Shown: in pieces, positions 40,201-49,443 of the stretch
Layout of the letters: every line of letters starts with the position of its first letter
Position numbering within the stretch: the first letter of the stretch is position 1
From: an uncultured Nitrospiraceae bacterium
GTDB taxonomy: Bacteria; Nitrospirota; Nitrospiria; Nitrospirales; Nitrospiraceae
Reading direction: 5' to 3'
DNA length: 64,000 bases
Assembly: GCA_963730935.1 (NCBI GenBank)
Contig: CAVSTP010000004.1
Span: forward strand, 1,504,001 to 1,568,000
Notes under the pieces: model-generated
Seen by the model: the letters and a program-made list of their open reading frames with translations, nothing else
What the model was told of the DNA's origin: nothing
Databases searched by the model: none
Program-made: the position numbers and the translations under genes

Positions 40201-41553
40201 CTAGGACGTCTGCCGATTGCCCGCTGTCGCCAACGCCCAGACTTCGGCCGCTGCCCTGATACCGCTTTCCACCGCTCCATTCATATAGCCCTGCCACGTG
40301 ATGCTGGTGTGCTCGCCCGCGAACAGCAGGCGGCCATGCGGACGGGCCAGCCAGGGCCGCCAGACGGGATCGAACGAAGGGTCGAAATAGGCGTACCCGC
40401 CTTGAGCCCACGAGTCGTGCTCCCACGTGACGTGGTGACTGTGGAGGAGTGCAGCCTCGTCCGGCTTCAGCCAGTCGAGGGCATGCACCAATCCCTGCAC
40501 GCCTTCCTGCGCCAGAATCTTTTGGGTATCTTCGCTCGCCTGCCCGCCCGCCATGAGCGTCAGAATGCCCGCCGGGCCGCGCTGTTCCTCATTCGCGTCC
40601 CAGATCGCGCCGGTCGGCGCATCGGTGCCGTACGCAGACGAGCGACCCTTGCGCTTCCAGAAGCGCCGGTCGAACTGTAAAAGACTCTTCGTGACCCGGC
40701 CGTACCTCAACCGTTCAAATACTTTCGCCTGCTCGAGCGGCAGGTCCGGTGTGATCTCGATGGCGTGCAGCGTGGTCACCGGCACGGCCAGGATCACATA
40801 GTCCGCGTTCAGCTGCGTCCGATCCCCGCCAGCCCGCTCGACTGTGGTACACACCGACGTCTGGTTGTCATGGACCGCGCGCGCTGTCGTATTGAGATGC
40901 AATGCCTCGCCCAGTTCCACAGCCATGGCCTTCGGCAGCCGGTCGTTTCCGCCTTCGATGCGCCCTGCCGGTTCTGCTCCAGGCGCCTCTGAGGCGAGTT
41001 GTTCGATCAGCACCAGCAGGGAAAGGTCTTCTGGATCGGCGAGAAAGAAGCCGCGCAGACCGCGGACCATCGCGCGCATGTTCCCGTCGGCGTGGACCTC
41101 ATCGAGCCATTGCGCGACCGATCTCTGGGCGATGCTCCTGACGACGGCACTTTCCCAACGCTGCTCCGCCCGCCGATAGGCTTCGATCAACGGCTTCGCG
41201 TGGTCGACGATCGGCTTCCACGCCCGCTCCCCTTTCATCGGACGGCCGTGAATTTTCCCTCTACCCTTGTCGCGCACGAACGAAAACCCCTGCCGCAAAA
41301 TCGTGCGCACGGGCAGATCGTACTGGTCGGCGAGCCGCCGGATGTCTTCCTGCGCGTGGTCAATGAAGTCGCCACCGGCCTCTGCATGCTGGCCTTTGGC
41401 AAAGCCATCGCGAATCGTCAGCACTCGTCCGCCGACGCGGTCTCGCGCCTCCACGACCGTCACGCGTGCGCCGTCCTTCCTGAGACGGACGGCGGCGGAG
41501 AGCCCAGCGAGTCCGGCGCCGACGACGAGAACGGATGTGCCGTTGAGACGCAT
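40201..41553 (-). CDS. Flavin monoamine oxidase family protein
   Basis: GAGLAG, EARDRVGGR and FAGEHTS...GYMNGAVESG. Confidence 0.92.
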   Translation of the reverse strand: MRLNGTSVLVVGAGLAGLSAAVRLRKDGARVTVVEARDRVGGRVLTIRDGFAKGQHAEAGGDFIDHAQEDIRRLADQYDLPVRTILRQGFSFVRDKGRGKIHGRPMKGERAWKPIVDHAKPLIEAYRRAEQRWESAVVRSIAQRSVAQWLDEVHADGNMRAMVRGLRGFFLADPEDLSLLVLIEQLASEAPGAEPAGRIEGGNDRLPKAMAVELGEALHLNTTARAVHDNQTSVCTTVERAGGDRTQLNADYVILAVPVTTLHAIEITPDLPLEQAKVFERLRYGRVTKSLLQFDRRFWKRKGRSSAYGTDAPTGAIWDANEEQRGPAGILTLMAGGQASEDTQKILAQEGVQGLVHALDWLKPDEAALLHSHHVTWEHDSWAQGGYAYFDPSFDPVWRPWLARPHGRLLFAGEHTSITWQGYMNGAVESGIRAAAEVWALATAGNRQTS

Positions 41554-41630
41554 GCGGATAGCCTACCCCGCAGTCTCACGGTCCGCCAGAGCCTGGTTCC
41601 CTAGGTGCCCGATCGCGGATCGGAGCGTGT

Positions 41631-41709
41631 CGGGTAATCGATTGCGAGGCAATCGGTGGGTCGGGTGGGTGGAAAGAGTCGACCGCGGTTGGGTGGGTGA
41701 AAAAACGAC
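41631..41709 (+). repeat. REP-like family B copy
   Basis: CGATTGCGAGGCAATCGGTGGGTCGGGTGGGTGGAAA...GGGTGGGTGAAAAAACG. Confidence 0.8.
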
Positions 41710-41784
41710 TTTGGGCAGGCTGGCCCCAAAATGCTTGTTCTGTAAGGACAAAATCTTGGAGGGGTAGGGGGACCGGCGCAACAG

Positions 41785-43035
41785 CTACTTCACGACCGGG
41801 ATGTTCTCGGACTTCTTCACAATGTCGATCGGCTGGAAGACGGGATCGGATGCGCCTTTGGAGGACTCAGCCTCGATGCGTTGCAGGAATGCTGCAGGAC
41901 CTGAGATTGGCGCGTAGCTCAACGTGGCCTCGACATCGAAGGTCCGCGTGTCCTTCGGCGTGGGGAAGGTGAAGGTTTCGACGCGCAATTCTTCCGGCTT
42001 CAACACCGTATCCTCGACAACCTTCACGGCTTCAAAGTCGAACATGGTGTTCTGGCCCTTCGCGTCCTGAAAGACCCTGCCATAGACACGCTTCTCCGCA
42101 AAGACCGTCCTGAGATTCTTGCCCTTGATGTCCAGCTGCAGCACGACGGTCGCCCAGGCCGGGTGGGTCGTCGGAAGATTGTGGGGTACGAGGCTCTGCA
42201 CTTTGACCGCCACGGTCGTTTTATCGCCCTCGATCTTCGTCTCGATGTCGAGCTTGGCCGCTTCCTGCCGTAACTTGCCGATACGTCCGGGGAACGTGTG
42301 ATTGGCCACGGTCCGTTTCTTTTCCCCATTCGCCGATTCTCCGGTCTGCTCCGGCATGTGACAGGACTGGCACTCCTTCCCCGACTTGATGGCTTTGCTT
42401 TGATCCCAATTGCCGAGCAGGTCGTTCGTTTTGCCGAGATTGGCCCCCGCCGGCACCGCCTGGTGGCAGTTCAAGCAGAGATCGGATTTGTGAAACAGTC
42501 CCAGCTCCATCGACTGATGGGCGAGGTTCTGGGCGAAATCCTTGTAGGGGCCATACAGCGTCTTGCTGCCCGCAGGTTCATATTTGGGCTCCGGCGGCTG
42601 CTTCGTGCGGTCCACCTGCTTGATGAGGTGGCACTGCGAACAGGCGACGCCGTCCATCTGCGGATCGCCCGACTTGGCCTGATCGATGAAGAACTGGACT
42701 TTATCGGGGAATTCGCGCACATGCGGCGCATGGCAGCGGAAGCACAGCGCCTTGTCCTTGCCGGCAGGCGACGCCAAAAACGCGTCGAGCGAGGCACGGA
42801 ATGCGGGCGAATGGATCGACCGCGACAAGGGAGAGGTCTCCCACTCTTCGAAGACGCGCTCATGGCAGCGTTTGCACTTGTTGGAATTCGGGAAGGCCTT
42901 GTCCATCGTGATGGGCGCTTTGCCGTCCTGCTGCGCCAACAGCCGGTCACCCCACAGATGCGAGGCCGCGCCGCCGAGCAGCACGACGCCGGCCACAACA
43001 ATTGACAGACCTGCCTTTTGCAGCACGCTTCGCAT
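41785..43035 (-). CDS. Periplasmic penta-heme cytochrome c (c554/c552-like)
   Basis: Signal peptide; CKRCH, CFRCH, CSQCH, CLNCH and CQSCH. Confidence 0.9.
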   Translation of the reverse strand: MRSVLQKAGLSIVVAGVVLLGGAASHLWGDRLLAQQDGKAPITMDKAFPNSNKCKRCHERVFEEWETSPLSRSIHSPAFRASLDAFLASPAGKDKALCFRCHAPHVREFPDKVQFFIDQAKSGDPQMDGVACSQCHLIKQVDRTKQPPEPKYEPAGSKTLYGPYKDFAQNLAHQSMELGLFHKSDLCLNCHQAVPAGANLGKTNDLLGNWDQSKAIKSGKECQSCHMPEQTGESANGEKKRTVANHTFPGRIGKLRQEAAKLDIETKIEGDKTTVAVKVQSLVPHNLPTTHPAWATVVLQLDIKGKNLRTVFAEKRVYGRVFQDAKGQNTMFDFEAVKVVEDTVLKPEELRVETFTFPTPKDTRTFDVEATLSYAPISGPAAFLQRIEAESSKGASDPVFQPIDIVKKSENIPVVK

Positions 43036-43047
43036 TCCCTTCTGCCT

Positions 43048-44337
43048 TCAGAGAGTCTTCGCCCGGTAGGTCAGTATACGAGGCTGCGTGTACTCGTCGA
43101 AAATCTTCTTGGCGGTCTCTCGCTCTTTGTCATCTTTGAGAGTCGCGAGATATTTGGCTTTCAGGGCCGGCTCTGCCGTTGGAATCAGGCTGTAGCTCAA
43201 CACCGCCTCCACGGAGGCGGGAGTCGCGCCGGCCGGAACTGCGAATGAGAACGGCACCTTTCTCGTGTTCCCGCCTTTGATGAACGGATCCGGAATCGGC
43301 CCGCGAAGAATCTTCTCGTAGGGAAGCCCGAAGTGCTTGGTCTCCTGCGCCAGCACCTTGCCCTGCGCATCCTTGACGGTAATGGCCAAATCGAATTGCT
43401 TGAGCACCGGGTCGCCGTCCGGGAAGCTGTGTGGCAAGCTGCCGACCTTGACCAGCGCCGTGCCTTCGACTTTCTCGGCGGACTTGCTGCTGTCGATGTC
43501 GATGCGGGGCATCCACTCGGCCTGAAGGTTACGGTTCTTGAGCAGGATGCCCGGGATCACGACACCCCGGAAATAATGGCGGCCGATCGAACGCGTCATG
43601 GCGCCCCGCTTCGAGGTCGAACTGCCTGTGGACTGCTCCATGTGACAATCCTGACAAATCGTGCCCTGCAGGATTTCTCCCGGCAGATCCTTTTGCGTGA
43701 CGTCTTTCACCTTGTCGAAATGGCAGGAGGCGCAGTAATTGGCGCCGCGGAACAACGGCACCTGCACCGCCTCATGAACGAGATTCTCCTCCGGATCGGC
43801 ATAGGGGCCGTGCATGGTCTTGCCCGGCTCGATCTTGAACGTGGGCGGCGGGCCATTGGTGCTTTCCTTGATCAGATGACAGGACGCGCAGCCGATGCCT
43901 TCGATCTGCGGCTTCCCGGAGATGACCTGTGCGGCGATTTTTTCGGCGTACTGCGGGAACACCGTCGTCGACGGTACATGGCAGGAGAGGCAGCGCTTGC
44001 GTTCGTCCGCCGTGGGATTCGTCTGCAGCCACACACCGAGCACGGTGCGGAACACCGCCGATTCCAGCGAGGTGCCGTGCAGCAAGGCGGCGTCCACCCG
44101 GCCGAAGGTCTTGAGGTCGGGGGTTTGCTCCCTCGCGCCTTTCCATTCTTCATAGTGCCGGTCGTGACATTGCTTGCATTCCTCGGAACGGATGAAGACC
44201 TTCTCGATCTCATCGACCCACTTTTCCGGGCTCTGGCCGTTGGCCTTCTGCGCCACCGCCCCGTCTTGGTAGAAGACCATGACGCCAAGCAGGAGCAGGG
44301 CTATGCACGTTGCGACTATGGGTCGTCTTGTCAACAT
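43048..44337 (-). CDS. Periplasmic penta-heme cytochrome c, paralogue of the downstream gene
   Basis: Signal peptide; CKQCH, CLSCH, CASCH, CASCH and CQDCH. Confidence 0.9.
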   Translation of the reverse strand: MLTRRPIVATCIALLLLGVMVFYQDGAVAQKANGQSPEKWVDEIEKVFIRSEECKQCHDRHYEEWKGAREQTPDLKTFGRVDAALLHGTSLESAVFRTVLGVWLQTNPTADERKRCLSCHVPSTTVFPQYAEKIAAQVISGKPQIEGIGCASCHLIKESTNGPPPTFKIEPGKTMHGPYADPEENLVHEAVQVPLFRGANYCASCHFDKVKDVTQKDLPGEILQGTICQDCHMEQSTGSSTSKRGAMTRSIGRHYFRGVVIPGILLKNRNLQAEWMPRIDIDSSKSAEKVEGTALVKVGSLPHSFPDGDPVLKQFDLAITVKDAQGKVLAQETKHFGLPYEKILRGPIPDPFIKGGNTRKVPFSFAVPAGATPASVEAVLSYSLIPTAEPALKAKYLATLKDDKERETAKKIFDEYTQPRILTYRAKTL

Positions 44338-44356
44338 TCGTCTGAACGTGCGAGTC

Positions 44357-44866
44357 CTAGTCTCGCCTACAGCCTACAAAGTGAAAGTTAACACCCCAGC
44401 CGACGGGGTCGCCCGGGTCGGCCGGCTCGTAGGTGCCGACCGTGAAGTTGCATTCGTTCATGGCTTTCTTGATGTGCCGTCCGAAATCGAGCATGGTCTT
44501 GACTTCCTTCTTGTCGATTTCCTTGATGACGGACCGCACCTTGATCCCCGCGTAGTCGGCGCGAGAATTGCCAATGACTTCGAACACTGCCACGCCTTGG
44601 GGGCGCTGCAGTTTCAATTCCTTCTGGATCTCTTCGTCGACCTCGCCGACGACGACGCCGAAGTCTTCCCCAAGCTTGGTCGCCTCGTCCACCGTCATAC
44701 CGTCGGCCCCTTCGTTCGCCGTTTGTCCCGGAAGCGGGCTTCCCAGCAGACCGAAGAATACCCCACACACAACAAGGGCCCTTCCCCAACGAAGGGCCCT
44801 CGTGGTGACCTGCACGAAACTCTTGCGATGTTCCCCCAAGGTCGGCGCCTCGCGAAGCCCGATCAC
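44357..44866 (-). CDS. Exported PDZ-domain protein
   Basis: FGVVVGEV...GVAVFEVIGNSRADYAGIKVRSVIKEID PDZ pattern; start uncertain. Confidence 0.75.
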   Translation of the reverse strand: MIGLREAPTLGEHRKSFVQVTTRALRWGRALVVCGVFFGLLGSPLPGQTANEGADGMTVDEATKLGEDFGVVVGEVDEEIQKELKLQRPQGVAVFEVIGNSRADYAGIKVRSVIKEIDKKEVKTMLDFGRHIKKAMNECNFTVGTYEPADPGDPVGWGVNFHFVGCRRD

Positions 44867-44902
44867 CCGCGCGATGGTTTCTCGTTCATCACACCATGAA
44901 AC

Positions 44903-45733
44903 CTAGATTTTCGCAATCGGATCAATGACCAACTGAAACCACGGCGCCACCGCTTTTTGACCGTTCCGCTCCTTGTTTTCCCCGTTCCAGACCGCGAAGG
45001 CGACGGTTTGCACGCGCCCGGGAATCAGTTTGGCCTCGTTGTCCTGCTCTTCGCGCGCCGAGTGGCCGGCGCATCACCACATGCCAGACCCCGTCCTTCC
45101 AGGTCGCCTTGCCCTGCACCCGCCCCTGCTTCTCCTTCGTCGTCAACGTGCTGAATCCGCCGCCGATCAGGTCTTCCACCGAGGACACGCGGCGCGGGAT
45201 CACCTCGAAGGTTCGCACGCCTTCCCGCTGCTTATCGGTGCTTCGGGCGGCCCGCCGGTCGATGTCGCTCTGCCAATCGGCCTTCCAGTGCCAGATATTG
45301 ATGTAGTGGTCGAGTTGGCCCATGCAGAAGAACGCCGGCGCATCGCCGAGCGGAAGGCCAATCGCCACCCCGTCGCGGAACGTGCCGGGCGTCAACCGAT
45401 CATTCTTCGTGTTGTCCTGCCATTCCAACAGAAACGCGATATCGCTCCCGTTGTGGATGGACCGGACGCTCAAGGCGCGCGCGGTTGGCTCCGGCCAGAC
45501 AGGCCTGGTGATCACCTGGCCGCTCAACGGCAGCGTCATCGGGGGAACCTTTGCCCAGGTAGGATCCTCGGGGTCGTCGGCAGGTCGCCCTCGATCAGAT
45601 GGGCGCGGATCACCATGCCTTCGGAGCTCACGAGCGGAATGCCCATGCCGCCCAACACCGCGGCCGACACAAGAATGCAGGAGAAGAGGAAGAGCAGAGA
45701 GCGGGGGGGGTTCTTGGTCGTCTTGCGCAGCAT
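44903..45733 (-). pseudogene. NxrC/EbdC-like heme b subunit paralogue interrupted by two frameshifts (or sequencing errors)
   Basis: Three segments in alternating frames join into one protein matching 51440-52393: PLSGQVIT, FFCMGQ, SSVEDL..GFSTLTT and AFAVWNGENKERNGQK. Shifts at ~45570 and ~45052. Confidence 0.85.
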
Positions 45734-45856
45734 GCTCATGTCCTGGTTGACCAAGCCGAGAGCCGGCGGAAACAGCCTGCGGACCGTCCAGAGGCGGCCG
45801 CCGATGTCACCATACCACAAAACACTTGAGCGACCAATGAACGCGGATTCGGGTTT

Positions 45857-47110
45857 CTACCAGAGACGCACGCGCCGGATCTTGTTCTCGCCGCGCTCGC
45901 AGATGTAGAGGTGCCCGACGGAATCCAAAGCAAGCCCGACCGGAGAATTGACGACCGCCTCGACGCCCAGCAGGCCGTCGCCGTGCTTGAGCGTGCCGGC
46001 GGATTCCTTGGCGACGAACCGGGCCGCGCCGCAGCCGCCCATGTTCTTGTCATCGTAGCCGCTGTCGCCGTTCCCCGCCACGGTGGTGATGATGCCGGTG
46101 GCCGCATCGACTTTGCGCACGCGATGGTTCATCGTGTCGGACACGTACAGATTGTCCTGTGCGTCGAAGACGACGGCCTCTGGCGCATGGAGCATCGCGC
46201 GGGTCGCCGGCTTGTCGTCGCCATCGTAGCCGTAGCGGCAGACGCCGGCGAGCGTGGAAATCACGCCCGTCTTCCGATCGATCTTGCGAACTCGGTTGCT
46301 GCCCTTGTCGACGATCACGACGTCGCCCTTCCCGTCCACCGCAATGCCGACGACGTCGTAGAGGCGGGCCTCCATCGCGGGCTTGCCGTCATCCAGATAC
46401 ATCGACATGTCGAGGCCGTCCGAGCAGACCGGCATGAGCCAGCCGTGATCGTCGCTGAAATCAATGCCGATGGCGTCGCCCGAGAGGACCACGAGGTTGC
46501 GGGCCACGAGCGGCTGCTCGCGTGCATCATCTTCGGCGGACCAGGCGCCGGCAATCGTCGTCACCAGGCCCGTGCGGGGGTCGTAGCAGCGGATCTTGTG
46601 GGCCTGCGTGTCGGCGATGTACAGCACGTCGTCTTTGTCGAAGGCCATGGCCGAGGGCCACGTGAGATTGACCTCGAGCGCCGGACCGTCGCCGTTAAAT
46701 CCATGCTGGCCGGTGCCGACGATCGTGGTGATCACGCCGGTGTCGCGGTCGACTTTGCGGATGCGGTTGCTGCCGGAGTCGCAGATGTAGAGATGGTTCT
46801 GGGAATCGAAGGCGAGGTCGAGCGGCAGATAGAGACCCGCTTCACCGCAGGGCCCCTCGTCGCCGCTGTAGCAGGTTTCACCGATGCCGGCGAAATTGTG
46901 CAGCGTGCCCTCTTGAAGGTCGACGCGCCTGATGCGGTCTGACCCGGACTCGGCAAAATAGAACCAGCGCTCGTGCTTGTCGAGCGCAGCATGGTGCGGC
47001 AGCGGAATGCCGGCCTTGACCGCGCGTTTGCCGTCTCCGGTGCTGCGCGCCTTGCCGTTTCCCGCAAAGGTCTCGATGTACCCGAGGGCGAGCTGAAGTG
47101 CTGTGTCCAT
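45857..47110 (-). CDS. NHL-repeat beta-propeller protein
   Basis: Repeated LYIxDxxNxRIRKVD..TGIITTVAGxG..GYxGD units. Confidence 0.9.
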   Translation of the reverse strand: MDTALQLALGYIETFAGNGKARSTGDGKRAVKAGIPLPHHAALDKHERWFYFAESGSDRIRRVDLQEGTLHNFAGIGETCYSGDEGPCGEAGLYLPLDLAFDSQNHLYICDSGSNRIRKVDRDTGVITTIVGTGQHGFNGDGPALEVNLTWPSAMAFDKDDVLYIADTQAHKIRCYDPRTGLVTTIAGAWSAEDDAREQPLVARNLVVLSGDAIGIDFSDDHGWLMPVCSDGLDMSMYLDDGKPAMEARLYDVVGIAVDGKGDVVIVDKGSNRVRKIDRKTGVISTLAGVCRYGYDGDDKPATRAMLHAPEAVVFDAQDNLYVSDTMNHRVRKVDAATGIITTVAGNGDSGYDDKNMGGCGAARFVAKESAGTLKHGDGLLGVEAVVNSPVGLALDSVGHLYICERGENKIRRVRLW

Positions 47111-47133
47111 GGCGTCCTGATCCGTCGCGCCGC

Positions 47134-47400
47134 TTAGGCGCGGGTCGCCGGCTGCGCGGTCGGCTGTTCAACGGCCGGCGCCGTGTTCGACTGGATGGAC
47201 GCCTGAGGCGCCGCCATCTGCTGCTGGGCCGCGGCTTCTGCCTCGGCTTCGATAGCGTCCGCTTCATGCACCGACTTCTTGAAGCCCTTGATGGCCTTCC
47301 CGAGTCCTTCTCCCAGCTGCGGCAGCTTGCCCGCACCGAAAATGATCAAAACGATGAAGAGGATCAGGATCAGCTCTGTAAATCCCATACTCCCAAACAT
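47134..47400 (-). CDS. tatA: Twin-arginine translocase TatA/E subunit
   Basis: [50 protein letters not shown]. Confidence 0.95.
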   Translation of the reverse strand: MFGSMGFTELILILFIVLIIFGAGKLPQLGEGLGKAIKGFKKSVHEADAIEAEAEAAAQQQMAAPQASIQSNTAPAVEQPTAQPATRA

Positions 47401-47425
47401 GGTGTGTTCCTCCGGTAAGAGTGAA

Positions 47426-48226
47426 TCAGGATGCGCTCGTTTTACTCCGTTTGGCAAAGCGTTCTTTCAACCGCTGACGCGCCTGCTCGGCCTGTTCGAA
47501 CATTTTGCACTTGTCATAGACGCTGATCAGATTGTAGTAGGCCAGGGGCTCGTCCGCATTGTGCTCGACGGCGTCTTCCATGACCTTGATCGCCAGGTCC
47601 GATTTCTTGTGAATGAGGGCCAGCTCCATCAGCTTGAAACTGCCCTCGAGATGCTTGGGATCCAGCTCGAGCGTGCGGAGATAGCACTGGATCGCCGCAT
47701 CGATCGTGTTGTAGTCGGAGACCTGGGGATTGTCGAGCTCGACGTAGATGCCCGCAAGATTGTACCAGGCCATCGGGTCGTCCGGCGTGATCTCGACCAG
47801 CCGTTCATAAAAGCCCTTGGCGTCCATATACTTTTTCTTGTCGGCGCAGAGCCGGCCCAGGTTGAAGAGCGCCAGCACGTCGTGCGGGAACACGTCCAGC
47901 GCGCGCTTGAACTCAGCTTCGGCTTCATCCGCCATGTTCTTGGTCGCGTAGATCGTGCCGAGATTCGAGTAGTACATGGCGAGTGAGCGGTTCATTTCCG
48001 CCCGGATACCTTCCGCCATTTCAATCGACTTCTTCACTTCGACCAAGGCGTCGTCCAACCGGCCCTTGCTGAAATAGAGCTCACCCAGACGGCAACGGGC
48101 TTGAAAATCGTCCGGCTCGGCGGCCAGCAGCTTTTCAATTTCGATGATTTCCTCATCCGGGTTCAACGGCTGATCGCCAGGATCCACTGCTGCCCTGCTC
48201 TGCTCCGATGACGTGGTTTCGTCCAT
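47426..48226 (-). CDS. Tetratricopeptide repeat protein
   Basis: Repeated AxxNLGxxY...A..P helical pairs. Confidence 0.9.
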   Translation of the reverse strand: MDETTSSEQSRAAVDPGDQPLNPDEEIIEIEKLLAAEPDDFQARCRLGELYFSKGRLDDALVEVKKSIEMAEGIRAEMNRSLAMYYSNLGTIYATKNMADEAEAEFKRALDVFPHDVLALFNLGRLCADKKKYMDAKGFYERLVEITPDDPMAWYNLAGIYVELDNPQVSDYNTIDAAIQCYLRTLELDPKHLEGSFKLMELALIHKKSDLAIKVMEDAVEHNADEPLAYYNLISVYDKCKMFEQAEQARQRLKERFAKRSKTSAS

Positions 48227-48257
48227 GACAAGCCCCTATGGCAAAAGATTACACAGG

Positions 48258-49374
48258 TTACACATGTCCGCCGACCAACGAATCGGACGTTCTCATCACC
48301 GCCTGGTCCGCCACGGAGTCGGACGCATCGCGCCGGTAGCGGTCCATCGTCAACAACATGACACCCAAGACGACCATCAGCGTCAAATTCGAGTACAAGA
48401 GGGCATAGCCCGCGATAAACATGAGCCCCAGGCCGTAGCCCGCCAGCCGCCCCATGGTCAGCAGCTTGATCACAGTGTAGGACCAACACAGAAGGCCGGC
48501 CATATACAGCGCGAACGGAAGATAAAAGGTGTATCCCATCCCGAACTGGAAAATCCACCCGATGCCGTCCGCGGCCTTGCGGATGTTATTGGCAAGCGCC
48601 GGGTTGTATTGATTGAGCAGATAATCCAGGAAGAACATCGAGACGAAGATTGCCGCAGCCGTGCTCCAGAACCAGATGGCACGGTGCCGCTGGCGCTGAT
48701 TGCGCGACCGGAACGACACGCCCCGCCCGTACGCCCAGAAGACCAGAATGCTGGCAAGCACCATGAAGGCTTCACCGGCCCGGTGCGCTTCGTACACCAT
48801 CGGCGGCGCGACTACGGTCCCTGACAAAACTGAAGAAGGTGGAGACGATCTGGTAATAGAGCCATCCCCCGATGCCCAAAAGATAGGTGATGCCAAGGAG
48901 CCGGTGCGACCGGTCGTGATGCGTCGACAGATATTCGCTCATCAGCAGGACGATCGCCGAGAGGGCCACGGTGTTGTAAATGGCCGAGCCGAGCATGGAC
49001 GGCGGCACAAACAGAAATCCGATCGTCAGCAGCAGCAATAGCGCAATGCAGGGTGCGATGAAGCGGGTCAATCCGGTGAACCCGCGGGCGGCCAGCCGAT
49101 TCGCCATACCGACCGTGAGGCCGAGAAACAACAGAATCGCAACGACGTTTAGGAGCCACTGCCCGACTTCGGTCAGAGCCGTAAAGGTCGGGATGATCCA
49201 CTGGTGATCGGCGGCCAGCTTGCTCAGGTGCATGCCGAGCCGGGACACCAGCCGGTAGAGGATCAACTCGAGGAAGGCGACCAAGAGCACGAGCTTGATC
49301 GTGTACTGGAAGAGGAGCGGCTGATCGCTCAGCCTTCCGGTGATGCGTTCGATGGTGGTTGCAGTTGCCGGCAC
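48258..49374 (-). pseudogene. Polytopic membrane protein (~371 aa) split by one frameshift (or sequencing error)
   Basis: ORFs 48772-49374 and 48258-48896 overlap. Removing one base near 48822 gives a continuous ...STFFSF-x-GTVVAPPMVYEAHRAGE... hydrophobic protein. Confidence 0.7.
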
Positions 49375-49397
49375 GAATGCTCCGACGATGGTTAAAA

Positions 49398-49427
49398 ATT
49401 ATACCGACCGGCAAAAAAACCGGTCAA
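49398..49427 (-). promoter_or_regulatory. Sigma-70-type promoter TTGACC-N18-TATAAT overlapped by the palindrome GACCGG-N8-CCGGTC
   Basis: Read on the minus strand just upstream of the membrane-protein gene. Confidence 0.6.
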
Positions 49428-49443
49428 CCCTGCCCGCCTTCAG

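Noticed and set aside
45040..45580. Programmed frameshifting in the nxrC paralogue
   Set aside because: Two separate shifts would be needed and no canonical slippery heptamer is evident; error or pseudogenisation is simpler.
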